Below are positions 36,769 to 47,758 of a DNA stretch of 56,553 nt, piece by piece. A program made the translations under genes and the position numbers. The notes below the pieces were generated by a model, which was not told the origin of the DNA, searched no databases, and saw nothing but the letters and a program-made list of their open reading frames with translations. Position 1 is the stretch's first letter; each line of letters starts with the position of its first letter. This stretch comes from Nitrospirae bacterium JdFR-81 (GTDB taxonomy: Bacteria > Nitrospirota > Thermodesulfovibrionia > UBA6902), in contig MTOQ01000013.1 in the NCBI GenBank assembly GCA_002011735.1, positions 1-56,553 of the forward strand, in the 5' to 3' direction.

Positions 36769-38232
36769 GTGAACAGAAAAACAGTCCTTTTAATCATACT
36801 ATTCCTCCTCCTTGGCTATGTAATAGGCACACATACTGGTTCTGTGTCATCAGGGCCTGAACAGCCGATTAATCCATATATACCGCGTGTCTCCCAGGGG
36901 CTTTCTGAAAAGAGCATAGCATTCTCGGATGTGGTCAAGAGTGTCATCCCGACGGTTGTGAACATCTCCACGACCAAGACCATGGAGAGGGACATCCCCT
37001 TCCAGCACTTCTTTGAGGGTCCGTTGAGGGACTTTCTTGAGCCCTTCCGGATGCCGAAGAGGTGGAAGGAACAGAGCCTTGGGTCAGGTGTGATCGTCTC
37101 CTCTGACGGCTATATCATCACAAACTCCCATGTGGTGGAGAAGGCAGAGGTTATAAAGGTCACCCTGTATGATAAACAGACCTACAAGGGGAAGGTTGTT
37201 GGTATGGATAAGAAGACCGATGTGGCCGTGATAAAGATACCCGCAAAGAACCTCCAGGCGATAAGATGGGGGGACTCTGATAAGCTCCAGGTGGGCGAGT
37301 TCGTGCTCGCCTTTGGCAACCCCTATGGCCTCAACCATACCGTTACAATGGGTATTGTGAGTGCCCTGGGAAGGGCGGATGTGGGTATCACAGACTATGA
37401 GGATTTCATCCAGACCGACGCAGCGATAAACCCTGGCAATTCAGGCGGCCCGCTCGTCAACATAAATGGTGAATTGATAGGCATAAATACGGCCATCTTC
37501 TCAAACACGGGTGGATATCAGGGCATAGGCTTTGCGGTCCCGAGCAATATGGCCAGGGCGGTGATGCGACAGCTGATAGAGGAGGGTAAGGTTACCCGTG
37601 GCTGGCTCGGGGTGACCATCCAGAAGGTTACACCCGAGCTTGCAAGGGAGTTCGGGCTCAAAAAACCAGCAGGTGCACTGGTTACAGATGTCTTCAAGGG
37701 GAGCCCGGCTGAGAAGGCAGGCATAAAGAGGGGGGATGTGATCGTTGGGTTAAACGGTATAGAGATAAGGGACGTGGAGTCCCTGAGAAACAGGGTTGCA
37801 CAGACAGAGGTCGGTAGCACCGTGAGGATAAAGGTCAAAAGGGATGGCAGGACTCTACACATGGATGTGACAATTGCTGAACTGCCCGATGATGTTGCGA
37901 TGCTGTCGTCAAGCAGGATGGACGAGGTGGAGGAGGATGAGGGCACGGTGGCAGGCCTCAGTGTCATGGAGCTTACCGAGGATATTGCAAGACAGCTTGG
38001 GCTTTCAGGTTCAGAGGAGGGGATCGTGGTCAGCAGGGTGGAACCCTATAGCCCTGCAGACGAGGCAGGGGTCAGAAAGGGCGACGTGATCCAGGAGATA
38101 AACAGGAAGAGGGTAAGGAATATGGAGGATTTCAACCGTATAGTATCGACCCTGAAGGAAGGGGATGTGATGTTGCTATTTATCAACAGGAATGGAAAGA
38201 AGTTTTATATACCCGTAAAGTTCTTCTCTTAG
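36769..38232 (+). CDS. DegQ/HtrA serine protease with two PDZ domains
   Basis: GSGVIV, TNSHVV, TDVAV, QTDAAINPGNSGG, two PDZ domains. Confidence 0.95.
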   Translation: MNRKTVLLIILFLLLGYVIGTHTGSVSSGPEQPINPYIPRVSQGLSEKSIAFSDVVKSVIPTVVNISTTKTMERDIPFQHFFEGPLRDFLEPFRMPKRWKEQSLGSGVIVSSDGYIITNSHVVEKAEVIKVTLYDKQTYKGKVVGMDKKTDVAVIKIPAKNLQAIRWGDSDKLQVGEFVLAFGNPYGLNHTVTMGIVSALGRADVGITDYEDFIQTDAAINPGNSGGPLVNINGELIGINTAIFSNTGGYQGIGFAVPSNMARAVMRQLIEEGKVTRGWLGVTIQKVTPELAREFGLKKPAGALVTDVFKGSPAEKAGIKRGDVIVGLNGIEIRDVESLRNRVAQTEVGSTVRIKVKRDGRTLHMDVTIAELPDDVAMLSSSRMDEVEEDEGTVAGLSVMELTEDIARQLGLSGSEEGIVVSRVEPYSPADEAGVRKGDVIQEINRKRVRNMEDFNRIVSTLKEGDVMLLFINRNGKKFYIPVKFFS

Positions 38233-38247
38233 GGGAAAGGGGGTAGG

Positions 38248-39255
38248 GTGATGTTTTATCGGATATTATTGATCTTCTTCTTCATGGCCGGTGGTTATGC
38301 TATCGGTCTTGATAGAGGGCTATCCTATGAGGGCATCCTTTATGGTGCAGGGGTCGGAGTCATCGCACTCGTCCTGGACCTTATAAATACCAGAATGGGC
38401 ATAGGTGCACTGTTGGGGAGCCTGTCAGGACTGCTGGTTGGGATAATCTTTGCAAATCTGCTTTATTATCCTGTGAAGGGGTTGTTCACCGATGAGCAGG
38501 GTATCATGGTCTCCCTCATCCTGAACGCCCTCTTTGGATATAGTGGCCTCTTCTACGGCCTGAGAAAGGGCAAGGATCTGACGCTCTCTGACATACTCAA
38601 GGTGTTAAAGGGGAGTATGACCGGAGAGCAGCCAAAGATTATAGATACGAGTGTGATTATCGACGGGAGGATCGCTGATGTCTGTGACTCGGGTTTTCTT
38701 GAGGGCACATTCATCATACCCCAGTTCATCCTCCAGGAGCTCCAGTATATAGCCGATTCTGCCGATGCCCTGAAGAGGGCAAGGGGCAGGAGGGGGCTTG
38801 ATGTGCTCCACAGGATACAGAAGATGTCCAATGTAACCGTTAAGATAGTGGATGAGGACTTCCCGCATATAAAGGAGGTGGATGCCAAGCTCGTTGCCCT
38901 CGCAAAGATGCACGGGGGCAAGATCGTTACAAATGATTTTAACCTCAACAAGGTTGCACAGCTCCACGGGGTGTCGGTCCTTAACCTCAATGAGCTTGCC
39001 AATGCGTTGAAGCCCGTGGTCCTGCCAGGCGAGAGCATGAATATATTTATCGTTAAGGAGGGTAAGGAGTTCAATCAGGGGGTTGGTTACCTTGATGACG
39101 GGACGATGGTCGTTGTTGATAATGCAAGGAGGCTGATAAACCACAGGGTTGATGTGGTGGTGACCAGTGTCCTTCAGACAACCGCGGGCAGGATGATCTT
39201 CGCAAGGCTGAAGGAGGAGGCAGAGAGGGAGGAGCTCAGGGTTGTGAGACGCTGA
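38248..39255 (+). CDS. Membrane PIN/TRAM domain protein (YacL-like)
   Basis: DTSVIIDGRI, RGRRGLD, TNDFNLNKVA, QGVGYLDDGTMVVV, QTTAGRMIFA. Confidence 0.92.
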   Translation: MMFYRILLIFFFMAGGYAIGLDRGLSYEGILYGAGVGVIALVLDLINTRMGIGALLGSLSGLLVGIIFANLLYYPVKGLFTDEQGIMVSLILNALFGYSGLFYGLRKGKDLTLSDILKVLKGSMTGEQPKIIDTSVIIDGRIADVCDSGFLEGTFIIPQFILQELQYIADSADALKRARGRRGLDVLHRIQKMSNVTVKIVDEDFPHIKEVDAKLVALAKMHGGKIVTNDFNLNKVAQLHGVSVLNLNELANALKPVVLPGESMNIFIVKEGKEFNQGVGYLDDGTMVVVDNARRLINHRVDVVVTSVLQTTAGRMIFARLKEEAEREELRVVRR

Positions 39256-39950
39256 TGAGGGCCAAGGCCATAGCAATAGTCCCCTCTGCCGGTGTTGGAA
39301 GGAGGTTTGACCCTTTTATAAAGAAGACCTTTGCAGACCTAAATGGTCTGCCCCTCCTCATCCAGACACTGAAAAGGCTGAATCAGTCACGCTGTATAGG
39401 GGAGATCATACCTGTCATGAGGCCTGAGGATATTGAAGAGGGATATGAGATGGCGATCAGCCACGGCCTTGAGAAGGTGAAGAGGATAGTGCCAGGGGGG
39501 AGGGAGAGGCAGGATTCGGTGTATAATGGCCTCAGATCCATTGAGGCCGATGCGCCTGTGCTTATACATGATGGGGTGAGGCCGATCATCCCTGATGGCC
39601 TGATCGAGAGGCTTATGGACGAGCTTGATGGTTATGATGGTGTTGTCCCTGGTGTGCCTCTCAGGGAGACCATAAAGATGGTTGATAAGGGGGTGGTGGT
39701 GAGGACGGTGAGTCGTGAAGGGTTGTGGAGCATCCAGACACCACAGCTCTTCCATATAGAGGCCCTCAGGAGGGCCTATCAGAGCGCCTATAGTGACGGC
39801 TACTATGCAACCGATGACTCGGCACTGGTGGAGAGGATCGGTGGGAGGGTAAAGATCATAATGGGAAGCCTCTTTAATATAAAGGTTACCACCCCTGAAG
39901 ACCTTGAGATGGTAAGGTATCTGCTCTCCAGCAGAAAAGAGGCCCGTTGA
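39255..39950 (+). CDS. ispD: MEP cytidylyltransferase
   Basis: SAGVGRR, GGRERQDSV, HDGVRP, QTPQ, TDDS, NIKVTTPEDL. Confidence 0.94.
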   Translation: MRAKAIAIVPSAGVGRRFDPFIKKTFADLNGLPLLIQTLKRLNQSRCIGEIIPVMRPEDIEEGYEMAISHGLEKVKRIVPGGRERQDSVYNGLRSIEADAPVLIHDGVRPIIPDGLIERLMDELDGYDGVVPGVPLRETIKMVDKGVVVRTVSREGLWSIQTPQLFHIEALRRAYQSAYSDGYYATDDSALVERIGGRVKIIMGSLFNIKVTTPEDLEMVRYLLSSRKEAR

Positions 39951-39953
39951 TTT

Positions 39954-40436
39954 ATGAGGATAGGCATAGGATTTGATTCGCACAGGTTTATGGAGGGAAG
40001 GAGGCTTGTGTTGGGGGGGGTTGAGATACCCTTTGAGAGGGGTCTTTGGGGGCACTCTGATGCAGATGTCCTGTGTCATGCAATAATAGACTCGATAATA
40101 GGGGCACTCGGGCTTGGTGATATAGGAAGGCACTACCCTGATACGGATGAGAGGTGGAAGGACGCCTCGAGCATCGGCCTCCTCAAGGAGACCATTGGCC
40201 TGATGAGGATGAGCGGTTATGATATATTATGGATAGACTCTGTGGTGATAGCAGAGGAGCCCAAGATCGGGCCTTTTATAGATTCGATGAAGGAGGAGAT
40301 CTCGAAGGCCGGGATACCAAGGGAGAGGATAAATATAAAGGCCAAGACGGCCGAGGGTATGGGCCTTATAGGCAGGGGTGAGGGGATGGCTGCACAGGCG
40401 GTCTGCCTCCTTGTCCGGCTTGGTGAGCCGAATTAA
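39954..40436 (+). CDS. ispF: MEcPP synthase
   Basis: RIGIGFDSH, GHSDADV..HA, GDIG..YPD, GRGEG.AA. Confidence 0.95.
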   Translation: MRIGIGFDSHRFMEGRRLVLGGVEIPFERGLWGHSDADVLCHAIIDSIIGALGLGDIGRHYPDTDERWKDASSIGLLKETIGLMRMSGYDILWIDSVVIAEEPKIGPFIDSMKEEISKAGIPRERINIKAKTAEGMGLIGRGEGMAAQAVCLLVRLGEPN

Positions 40437-40465
40437 AATACCTTGAAAGGGGGTATGGGACATAG

Positions 40466-40981
40466 ATGAGATACCGGGGGATCATCCTGATCGTCTTGCT
40501 CGCCCTGGCATTGATAGCCATCGTGTTCCTTCCGAGTGAGAGGTCATACATGACCGTGGCAGCTGTGGGAAAGCCAGCACCTGACTTTGAACTCAGGGAC
40601 TCTACAGGCAGGCTCTGGAGGCTCTCTGACCTCAGGGGCAAGGTGGTCTTTATAAACTTCTGGGCCACATGGTGCACAACCTGTAAGGCAGAGATGCCAT
40701 ATAAGGAGAGGCTCTACAAGAAGATGCAGGGCAGACCATTCCAGATGCTCGGGATACTCTTCAGGGATAACCCTCATAATCTTGTCCAGTATTTCAAGGA
40801 ACACAAAGTCAGTCCACCAACGCTTATAAGCCCTGACAACAAGGTTGCAAGGCTCTACGGGATAACCGGCGTCCCTGAGACCTTTATCGTGGATAAGAAC
40901 GGGATTATAAGGGAGAAGATAGTCGGTCCAAGGGAGTGGGACAGCCCTGAAAGCATCGCATTGATCGAGAAGTGGCTTTAG
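40466..40981 (+). CDS. TlpA/ResA-like thiol-disulfide oxidoreductase (Cys form)
   Basis: APDFEL, NFWATWCTTCKAEMP, GVPETFIVD. Confidence 0.9.
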   Translation: MRYRGIILIVLLALALIAIVFLPSERSYMTVAAVGKPAPDFELRDSTGRLWRLSDLRGKVVFINFWATWCTTCKAEMPYKERLYKKMQGRPFQMLGILFRDNPHNLVQYFKEHKVSPPTLISPDNKVARLYGITGVPETFIVDKNGIIREKIVGPREWDSPESIALIEKWL

Positions 40982-40985
40982 GATT

Positions 40986-41657
40986 ATGTATGATGAACTG
41001 CAGGAGATCGCCATCTCTTCAGGCATCACCCTCTTTGGTGTTGGTTACATAGATGACCTGAGGCCACACTTTGATGCACTCCCTCTGGAACAGACGGAGG
41101 GCCTCTCATATGGCATATCCATAGGGGTGAGGCTCTCTGACCCAGTCCTCGATGGTATAAAGACCGGCCCAACACACCACTATCTGCATCACTACAGGAT
41201 GGTCAATATGCTGCTTGATCAGACGGCCCTGAGGCTCTCACTCGCCATACAGGGCAGAGGGTATAATGCCATGCCCATCCCAGCGAGTCAGATCATAGAC
41301 TGGCAGAGGCAGATCGCACACCTATCACACAAGATGATAGCACTGAGGGCAGGGATGGGCTGGATAGGAAGGAATAACCTCCTTGTACACCCTGAGTATG
41401 GCTCCAGGATAAGGCTCGCAACCATCCTCACGGACATGCCCCTCAGGGTCGATGAGCCATTAAATGATGGGTCATGTGGTGATTGCAGGCTGTGCATAGA
41501 GGCGTGTCCTGTGTCAGCGATCAAAGAGACCCATAAGGAGTGGGATAAAGAGGCCTGCCTTGAGAGGCTCAGATCCTACACAAAGACCCATAACATAGGC
41601 CAGTACATATGTGGACTATGCGTTAAGGTGTGTAGGCCAAAGGGGCTTAAAGGCTGA
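40986..41657 (+). CDS. Epoxyqueuosine-reductase-like 4Fe-4S protein
   Basis: SHK..A..AGMGWIGRNNLL..PEYG.RIRL, CGDCRLCIEACP, CGLCVKVC. Confidence 0.75.
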   Translation: MYDELQEIAISSGITLFGVGYIDDLRPHFDALPLEQTEGLSYGISIGVRLSDPVLDGIKTGPTHHYLHHYRMVNMLLDQTALRLSLAIQGRGYNAMPIPASQIIDWQRQIAHLSHKMIALRAGMGWIGRNNLLVHPEYGSRIRLATILTDMPLRVDEPLNDGSCGDCRLCIEACPVSAIKETHKEWDKEACLERLRSYTKTHNIGQYICGLCVKVCRPKGLKG

Positions 41658-41664
41658 GGGATCG

Positions 41665-42189
41665 ATGGAGCGGAGGGGGCCACTGCCTGCCAAGCTGTTC
41701 ATAGGGATGCTATCAGGCGATACATCCCTCCTCTATGGGATGAAGGCCGAGCTTGAGGCCATCTTCGGCCCATGCGATATGGAGAGTCCTGTGTGGCAAT
41801 GGGAGCACACCGATTATTACAAGAGGGAGATGGGTGGAGGGTTGAAGAGATATTTTGTATTCTTCAGTGGTCTGATCAATCGTGGAGACATCGTCAGGAT
41901 AAAACTCAGGACCATGGAGCTTGAGAGGGACCACCTCAATGACCGTGGTGGAAGGAGGATCAATCTCGACCCTGGCTATCTTGATACGGCCAGGGTGGTG
42001 CTCGTCTCAACAAAGGACTACTCTCACAGGATATATCTTGGAGACGGCATATACGGTGAGGTCACACTCATCTATTCAAAGGGGGCCTTCCGTCCCCTGC
42101 CATACACATACCCTGACTTCAGGACAGAAGAATATAGAGAGCTCTTTAGACAGGCGCGGAGTATATACAAGAGGGAGCTAACCATGTGA
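41665..42189 (+). CDS. DUF4416-like protein
   Basis: HTDYY..EMG..L.R, RINLDPGY, TKDYSHRIYL..GIYGE, YTYPDF; start reassigned. Confidence 0.8.
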   Translation: MERRGPLPAKLFIGMLSGDTSLLYGMKAELEAIFGPCDMESPVWQWEHTDYYKREMGGGLKRYFVFFSGLINRGDIVRIKLRTMELERDHLNDRGGRRINLDPGYLDTARVVLVSTKDYSHRIYLGDGIYGEVTLIYSKGAFRPLPYTYPDFRTEEYRELFRQARSIYKRELTM

Positions 42190-42212
42190 CCCTGATGTTT
42201 CTGTCTTGTGGT

Positions 42213-42746
42213 CTACTCCCCCTCGAACTCAGTGAGGTAGTATATATTGTATCCCTTCTCTTTCAGCTTTTTATACCCGCCCACATCAGGCAGGTTGACG
42301 ATGAAACACATCTCTGCGACCACCCCTCCAAGCTTCTCCACGAGCTGTGCAGCAGCGAGTGCGGTTCCGCCTGTTGCAAGCAGGTCATCGACAAGGAGGA
42401 CCCTCGTTCCGTTCTCAAGGGCATCCTCGTGCATCTCTATCTGGTCTGTCCCGTATTCAAGCTCATACTCCTGACGCACCACCTTGGCAGGTAGCTTCCC
42501 CTTCTTTCTTATCGGGACAAAGCCCTTGCCCAGGGTATAGGAGAGTGCACCACCTATTATGAACCCCCTTGACTCAATGCCCACGATCACATCAAAATCA
42601 ATGTCCCCTTTTATGTATCTCTGCGTGAAGTTGTCGATCACCAGCCTGAAACCAACCGGATCCTTTATAAGGGTGGTGATGTCCCTGAACATGATCCCCT
42701 TCTTGGGATAGTGTGGAATGGTCCTGATTCTTGACTTGATCGGCAT
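42213..42746 (-). CDS. apt: Adenine phosphoribosyltransferase
   Basis: GIMFRDITTL, ESRGF, RKKGKLP, LEYG, VDDLLATGGT. Confidence 0.96.
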   Translation of the reverse strand: MPIKSRIRTIPHYPKKGIMFRDITTLIKDPVGFRLVIDNFTQRYIKGDIDFDVIVGIESRGFIIGGALSYTLGKGFVPIRKKGKLPAKVVRQEYELEYGTDQIEMHEDALENGTRVLLVDDLLATGGTALAAAQLVEKLGGVVAEMCFIVNLPDVGGYKKLKEKGYNIYYLTEFEGE

Positions 42747-42764
42747 AACAACCCTCCCCTTATA

Positions 42765-43529
42765 TTATCTTACGCATACATCATCATAATCCTTAATCTT
42801 TGGGATAACATTCAGGAATAGCCTTATCACATTCTCTGCGTTCTTCTGCATGGTCTCCACGATCATCTCCCAGGTGACAGGCTCCTCCTCTTCGTGCCAG
42901 CAATCATAATCGGTTGACATGGCTATGGAGGCATAGTGCATCTTCTTCTCCCTTGCAAGATTTACCTCGGGCACGGTGCTCATATTTATGACATCTGCAT
43001 TCCAGCTCCTGAAGAGGTGGCTCTCTGCCTTTGTCGAAAACCTTGGCCCTTCAATCGTTATTACGGTCTTGTTTTTGTGATATGGGATGCCAAGCTCCTC
43101 TGCTGATGCAGAGAGGAGGTCGATGAGGTTTGGGCAGAATGGATCAGCCATTGGTGTATGGACAACCTCGGTCTCATCAAAGAATGTGGTCTCCCTCTTC
43201 TTGGTATGGTCTATGAACTGATCGGGGAATACGAGGTGGCCTGGCTTTATCTCCTCCCTGAGTGAGCCGACCGCAGTGGATGCAAGGATATGTGTGCAGC
43301 CCTGTTCCTTCAATGCCCATATATTTGCCCTGAAGTTGACGCCCGAGGGGTATATCGAATGGTCCCTTCCGTGTCGGGCGAGGATCACCACATCTATGCC
43401 CTCGATTGTGCCACACATAAGGGAGGATGTAGGAGGGCCATATGGTGTCTCCACCGTCACCTCCTCTGCATCCTTGAGGATTTCAGGATTATCGAGTCCG
43501 GAGCCACCAATTATGCCTATCTTGATCAT
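42765..43529 (-). CDS. mtnP: S-methyl-5'-thioadenosine phosphorylase
   Basis: IGIIGGSG, ARHG, AVGSLREE, IEGPRFSTKAES, TDYDCW. Confidence 0.92.
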   Translation of the reverse strand: MIKIGIIGGSGLDNPEILKDAEEVTVETPYGPPTSSLMCGTIEGIDVVILARHGRDHSIYPSGVNFRANIWALKEQGCTHILASTAVGSLREEIKPGHLVFPDQFIDHTKKRETTFFDETEVVHTPMADPFCPNLIDLLSASAEELGIPYHKNKTVITIEGPRFSTKAESHLFRSWNADVINMSTVPEVNLAREKKMHYASIAMSTDYDCWHEEEEPVTWEMIVETMQKNAENVIRLFLNVIPKIKDYDDVCVR

Positions 43530-43645
43530 TTTTTAATCACCCCCTGATGATCTTTAAAATTATAGACATTATCCTTTGAAATATTCAATGTTTTTTGTAA
43601 TATAGTAGAGTATGGTCCGGTATCACACCGGATGGGGAGTTTCAG

Positions 43646-44371
43646 ATGACAGGCAGGAGAGATAGACTGGTCCTTTTTGACATAGATGAGACGCTCATAG
43701 ACTCTGGCAGGGCAGGGACAAGGGCCCTGAACAGGGCATTCCTTGACCTGTTCGGGATCAAGGATGCATTCAAGGATATAAGGATGGCGGGCATGACCGA
43801 CATCCAGATCATGAAGGAGGGTCTGAGGGTCCACGGCCTCTCGAGTATGGATGGGGAGGTGGATGCCATAGTCAGGAGGTATCTCAGGTTCCTATCAGAG
43901 GAGATAGAGAATCCGTGGAGGAGGGTGAAGCCAGGTGTGTTTGAGTTTCTTGAGGCCCTGAAGGAGGAGGGCATACCCTTTGGCCTTCTGACAGGCAACC
44001 TTGAGGAGGGTGCAAGGATAAAGCTCAGGCCATTCGGCCTTGATGCCTACTTCCCTGCAGGTGCCTTCGGGAGTGACGATGAGGACAGGGACAGGTTGTT
44101 ACCCATAGCGATCAGGAGGTTCTCCACACTCGGCGTAGATGTCTCTCCTGAGGACTGCATTATTATAGGAGACACACCAAGGGATGTCAGGTGTGCAAAG
44201 GCCCATGGTGCACGGTGTATAGCCGTGGCAACTGGGCCTTACTCCAGGGACTCCCTCACAGAGGCAGGTGCTGATCTTGTTGTTGATACGCTGAATGAGA
44301 GGGAGGTGTGTCTTGATTTTATAAAGAGTGACCACAAGGTCCAGCAGGTTAGACGGACAGACAGGGGATGA
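43646..44371 (+). CDS. HAD-superfamily hydrolase
   Basis: [26 protein letters not shown]. Confidence 0.88.
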   Translation: MTGRRDRLVLFDIDETLIDSGRAGTRALNRAFLDLFGIKDAFKDIRMAGMTDIQIMKEGLRVHGLSSMDGEVDAIVRRYLRFLSEEIENPWRRVKPGVFEFLEALKEEGIPFGLLTGNLEEGARIKLRPFGLDAYFPAGAFGSDDEDRDRLLPIAIRRFSTLGVDVSPEDCIIIGDTPRDVRCAKAHGARCIAVATGPYSRDSLTEAGADLVVDTLNEREVCLDFIKSDHKVQQVRRTDRG

Positions 44372-44372
44372 G

Positions 44373-44867
44373 ATGAAGAGGCTTACACATATAGATGAGG
44401 CCGGAAGGGCAAGGATGGTGGATGTGAGCGGCAAGCCTGTCACACTGAGGGAGGCTGTTGCGAGGGGCTCTGTGTGTATGGAGAGGGAGACCATCAGGCT
44501 CATATCAGAGGGCAGGGCTCCAAAGGGTGATGTGCTTGCGACCGCAAGGCTTGCTGGGATAATGGCTGCAAAGAGGACCTGTGAGCTCATACCCCTGTGC
44601 CACCAACTGAACCTCACATCCGTGACGGTGGATTTTGAGATCGACGAAGACAACAAGAGGATCAACATAGAGTCGGTGGCAAGGTGTCAGGGACAGACAG
44701 GGGTTGAGATGGAGGCACTTGTGGCGGTCTCTATTGCGGCACTCACGATATATGACATGTGTAAGGCCATTGACAGGGGGATCATCATCTCTGACATCAT
44801 GCTGATGGAGAAGAGTGGTGGTAAGAGCGGGGTATGGAAGAGGGAGGGACTATCTGGAGACCCTTAA
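44373..44867 (+). CDS. moaC: Cyclic pyranopterin monophosphate synthase
   Basis: [40 protein letters not shown]; start reassigned to 44373. Confidence 0.95.
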   Translation: MKRLTHIDEAGRARMVDVSGKPVTLREAVARGSVCMERETIRLISEGRAPKGDVLATARLAGIMAAKRTCELIPLCHQLNLTSVTVDFEIDEDNKRINIESVARCQGQTGVEMEALVAVSIAALTIYDMCKAIDRGIIISDIMLMEKSGGKSGVWKREGLSGDP

Positions 44868-45998
44868 CCTCTCAAGCTCCTCCCTGACCCTCATATTATC
44901 AGGGTCGATACTCAACGCCTTCTCAAACTGTGATCTTGCCCTCAGCCTCATCCCCATGTTCAGGTATAGCCTTCCAAGGTGGATATGGTAGTTTATATTA
45001 TATGGGTCGAGGTCTATGGCCTTTAGAATGGCGATCTCTGCATCCTTTGCCCTCCTTGGCATCTTTACCAGTGAGAGCGAGAGGTGTGCCCAGTATTTTG
45101 CGTTCCTGGGTTCAATATGTGCGGCCCTCTTGAACAGTTCAGCCGCCCCCCAGAAGTTACCCCTCCTGTATTCATCGATCCCGTTGATGAAGTACTCCAT
45201 TGCTGTGGTCTTCCTGGTAGCTGGATTATCATGGTCTCTTGTAAGGTCCCTGTTATAGTCACCCCTCTGTTTCTCCTCCTTCAGGGTGTTGTATGCCTCG
45301 TTTATCCTGGCGAGGATGTTTGTGAGCTTCTCCTTCACCAGAGGGTCCTTGATATCCCTGTGTCTGTCAGGGTGGAACTCCTTGACCTTCTCATGATAGG
45401 CCCTCTTTATCTCTGAATAAGGGGCGTCTGTATTTACCCCCAGAAGCTCATAATGGTTTGCATTCTCCATCCTCCTGTATAACTCATCGAGCCTCTCCAT
45501 AAACGGGTCCCTGGGCCTCTTCCTCTGCTTTGCCCGTTTCATGCCCTCTGCGATTATCTCCCTGATGCTATTTCTGAGTGTTACCACCTCGACGGATGGC
45601 ATACCCTCTATAAATCTGAACCTCCCTGCCTGCCATTCAAAGAGGCCCAGTATGATCTCCCTGACGTGTTCTCTGATGATGGTGAAGAGATCCTGCGGAT
45701 CGATAAAACCCAGTTCTACAAGTATCGTGCCCTTCCTCCTCCGTGTCCTCTCATAGACCTCTGAGACCTTCTGATACTGCTGCTCCGTTATCATCCCCTT
45801 CCTCAACAGCATGTCATCAAGGCGGTCACCAGGGGTATGTGACCTTGCGAATACGATCTCTCCATTTACAAAATACACACCTTTCCTGATCCCCTGGTTG
45901 GTGAGTAAGAGGGTGCCGGTCCTTCTGTGCCTATTTAGTTGGATGAACAATGTGGGGATGCTGTAATCCCTGATATCGCCTTCTTCTGGTATCTTCAT
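44850..45998 (-). CDS. DUF4388 + J-domain + TPR protein
   Basis: N-terminal TGTL...VYF..GEIVFA, F.W..G.F.F; HYELLGV...IKRAY...FHPD; C-terminal TPRs. Confidence 0.82.
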   Translation of the reverse strand: MKIPEEGDIRDYSIPTLFIQLNRHRRTGTLLLTNQGIRKGVYFVNGEIVFARSHTPGDRLDDMLLRKGMITEQQYQKVSEVYERTRRRKGTILVELGFIDPQDLFTIIREHVREIILGLFEWQAGRFRFIEGMPSVEVVTLRNSIREIIAEGMKRAKQRKRPRDPFMERLDELYRRMENANHYELLGVNTDAPYSEIKRAYHEKVKEFHPDRHRDIKDPLVKEKLTNILARINEAYNTLKEEKQRGDYNRDLTRDHDNPATRKTTAMEYFINGIDEYRRGNFWGAAELFKRAAHIEPRNAKYWAHLSLSLVKMPRRAKDAEIAILKAIDLDPYNINYHIHLGRLYLNMGMRLRARSQFEKALSIDPDNMRVREELERLRVSR

Positions 45999-46012
45999 AA
46001 AAGCCTTGGTGA

Positions 46013-46279
46013 CTAATCCTCGGATTGTGTCTCCTCTCCCTGTGTCAGGGAGGACTCCCTGATCCTCCTCAACAGTTCGGCCTTCTCCTTCTTAAAGGCC
46101 TCCTTCATCGTGATTATCCTCAGGTCCCTCTCTTTGATCTCCTTCCTCAGTTTATATATATACGGGCCTGTGGCGGCAAGCATCGCCATGAGGATTACTA
46201 TGAGGAGTTTTACACATAATGGTGTCCTGACCATCTCGTGTCTCTCTATGTCATGTTCAAGGCGTGTCTTGTCCATCAT
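46013..46279 (-). CDS. Small hypothetical membrane protein
   Basis: One TM plus coiled coil; in-operon overlap with the upstream gene. Confidence 0.5.
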   Translation of the reverse strand: MMDKTRLEHDIERHEMVRTPLCVKLLIVILMAMLAATGPYIYKLRKEIKERDLRIITMKEAFKKEKAELLRRIRESSLTQGEETQSED

Positions 46280-46782
46280 CTATACCTCTTCACCTCAAAC
46301 CTGTATATCTCCTTCTCCTCGTCCATTGATATCCCTGCCTTCATGGATGCGATACCTATCTGCTCGTCCACCGTGTTGACACCTTCAAGGTCAGGCAGCA
46401 GGAGACCCCTCCTCTCACCGCTCACAACTATTATGCCATACCTCTTTGGATCGAGCTCGCTCAGATCGGTCACCCTCTCGGGCCTCGTGAGTATATCAAC
46501 TGAGTATTCAAGGTCATCCAGCTCTGATGGCTCCACGGGCAAGAACCTTGGGTCACGGGTTGCAGCACTTATGGCATTCTGTATGATCTCTGTGGCCACA
46601 TTCTCTGTTGATGGCATGTATGTGCCTATGCATCCTCGCAGCTGCCCCTTCTTCTTTATGGATACAAAGACCCCTGCCTGCTCCTTCATCTCAGGGGTCA
46701 GTTCCTCTGGCGGGGAGATGGTCTGTCCTTTGAGCACATAATTCTCTACAGCTTCTCTTGCGAGCCTTACAAGGGGGTGCAT
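46276..46782 (-). CDS. AMMECR1-domain protein (AmmeMemoRadiSam protein A)
   Basis: GVFVS...[22 protein letters not shown]; start reassigned to MHPLV at 46782. Confidence 0.9.
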   Translation of the reverse strand: MHPLVRLAREAVENYVLKGQTISPPEELTPEMKEQAGVFVSIKKKGQLRGCIGTYMPSTENVATEIIQNAISAATRDPRFLPVEPSELDDLEYSVDILTRPERVTDLSELDPKRYGIIVVSGERRGLLLPDLEGVNTVDEQIGIASMKAGISMDEEKEIYRFEVKRYR

Positions 46783-46783
46783 C

Positions 46784-47758
46784 TCATTTCTTTCTCTTAA
46801 GGACATGGTCTGATAAGGCCAGGAGCGCCCTCTTCTCCATCGAGTCCCCGAAGATTGAAAGCTCGGACTTTGCCTCATCGATGATACGCGATGCCTTTTT
46901 GCGGGATTGTTCAATGGCACCATAACGGTTCAGCAGGTTGATGATATACCTTAGTGCCGAGTATGAGAGGTTGTTGTTGCTGATAATCGTCTTGATCTCC
47001 TCCACCTCACTGCTCTTTGCATCCTTAAGGAGATATATCAGGGGTAGCGTGATCTTCCCCTCCCTCAGGTCTTTACCAAGACCCTTTCCAAATGTCTCCT
47101 CATCCGCTGTATAATCAAGGATATCGTCTGTTATCTGGAACGCCATCCCCAGTTTCAGGCCAAAGTTCTTAAGGGCCTCCTCACCCTCCTTTGCTATGCC
47201 TCCAAGGATTGCACCGCTAAGGGTTGCTGCTGACATGAGGACAGCGGTCTTACCTGTGATTATCTCCATATATTCGTCCTCTGTGATATCAGGGTTACCG
47301 GTGAGGCTCAACTGCATCAGCTCCCTTTCAGCCATCCTGGCGGTTGCAGATGAGAGGACGTCCATGATCCTCTGATTCTTCAGGGAATTGGCAAGCCTCA
47401 GTGCATTGGAATAGAAGAAGTCACCAACAAGCACAGCCACATGGTTGCCCCATATACTGTATGCAGGAGGCTTGCCCCTCCTCAGTTCGGCCCCGTCAAC
47501 CACATCGTCATGCAGCAGTGATGCAGTATGTATGGACTCGATACTGCATGCCAGGATACTCGTCTTCTCGCCATTGTACCCCGACAGCCTTGAGCTCAAT
47601 ATGGCTAACAACGGCCTTATGCGTTTGCCACCACTTGAGAATGTATATCCCCCCACCTCGGAGATCAAAGGTGCGACCTTCTGGTAGGATTCCCTTATCT
47701 TCTCCTCCGTCAGGAGCAGATCCTTCTTGTAATATTCGCAGACCTCTTCAAAGTCCAT
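46784..47758 (-). CDS. Long-chain polyprenyl diphosphate synthase
   Basis: [37 protein letters not shown]. Confidence 0.92.
   Translation of the reverse strand: MDFEEVCEYYKKDLLLTEEKIRESYQKVAPLISEVGGYTFSSGGKRIRPLLAILSSRLSGYNGEKTSILACSIESIHTASLLHDDVVDGAELRRGKPPAYSIWGNHVAVLVGDFFYSNALRLANSLKNQRIMDVLSSATARMAERELMQLSLTGNPDITEDEYMEIITGKTAVLMSAATLSGAILGGIAKEGEEALKNFGLKLGMAFQITDDILDYTADEETFGKGLGKDLREGKITLPLIYLLKDAKSSEVEEIKTIISNNNLSYSALRYIINLLNRYGAIEQSRKKASRIIDEAKSELSIFGDSMEKRALLALSDHVLKRKK

Noticed and set aside
38553-40133. Long antisense ORFs (173-248 aa), also 48041-48733 and 49503-50267
   Set aside because: They are shadows of well-supported genes on the opposite strand and carry no recognisable motifs.
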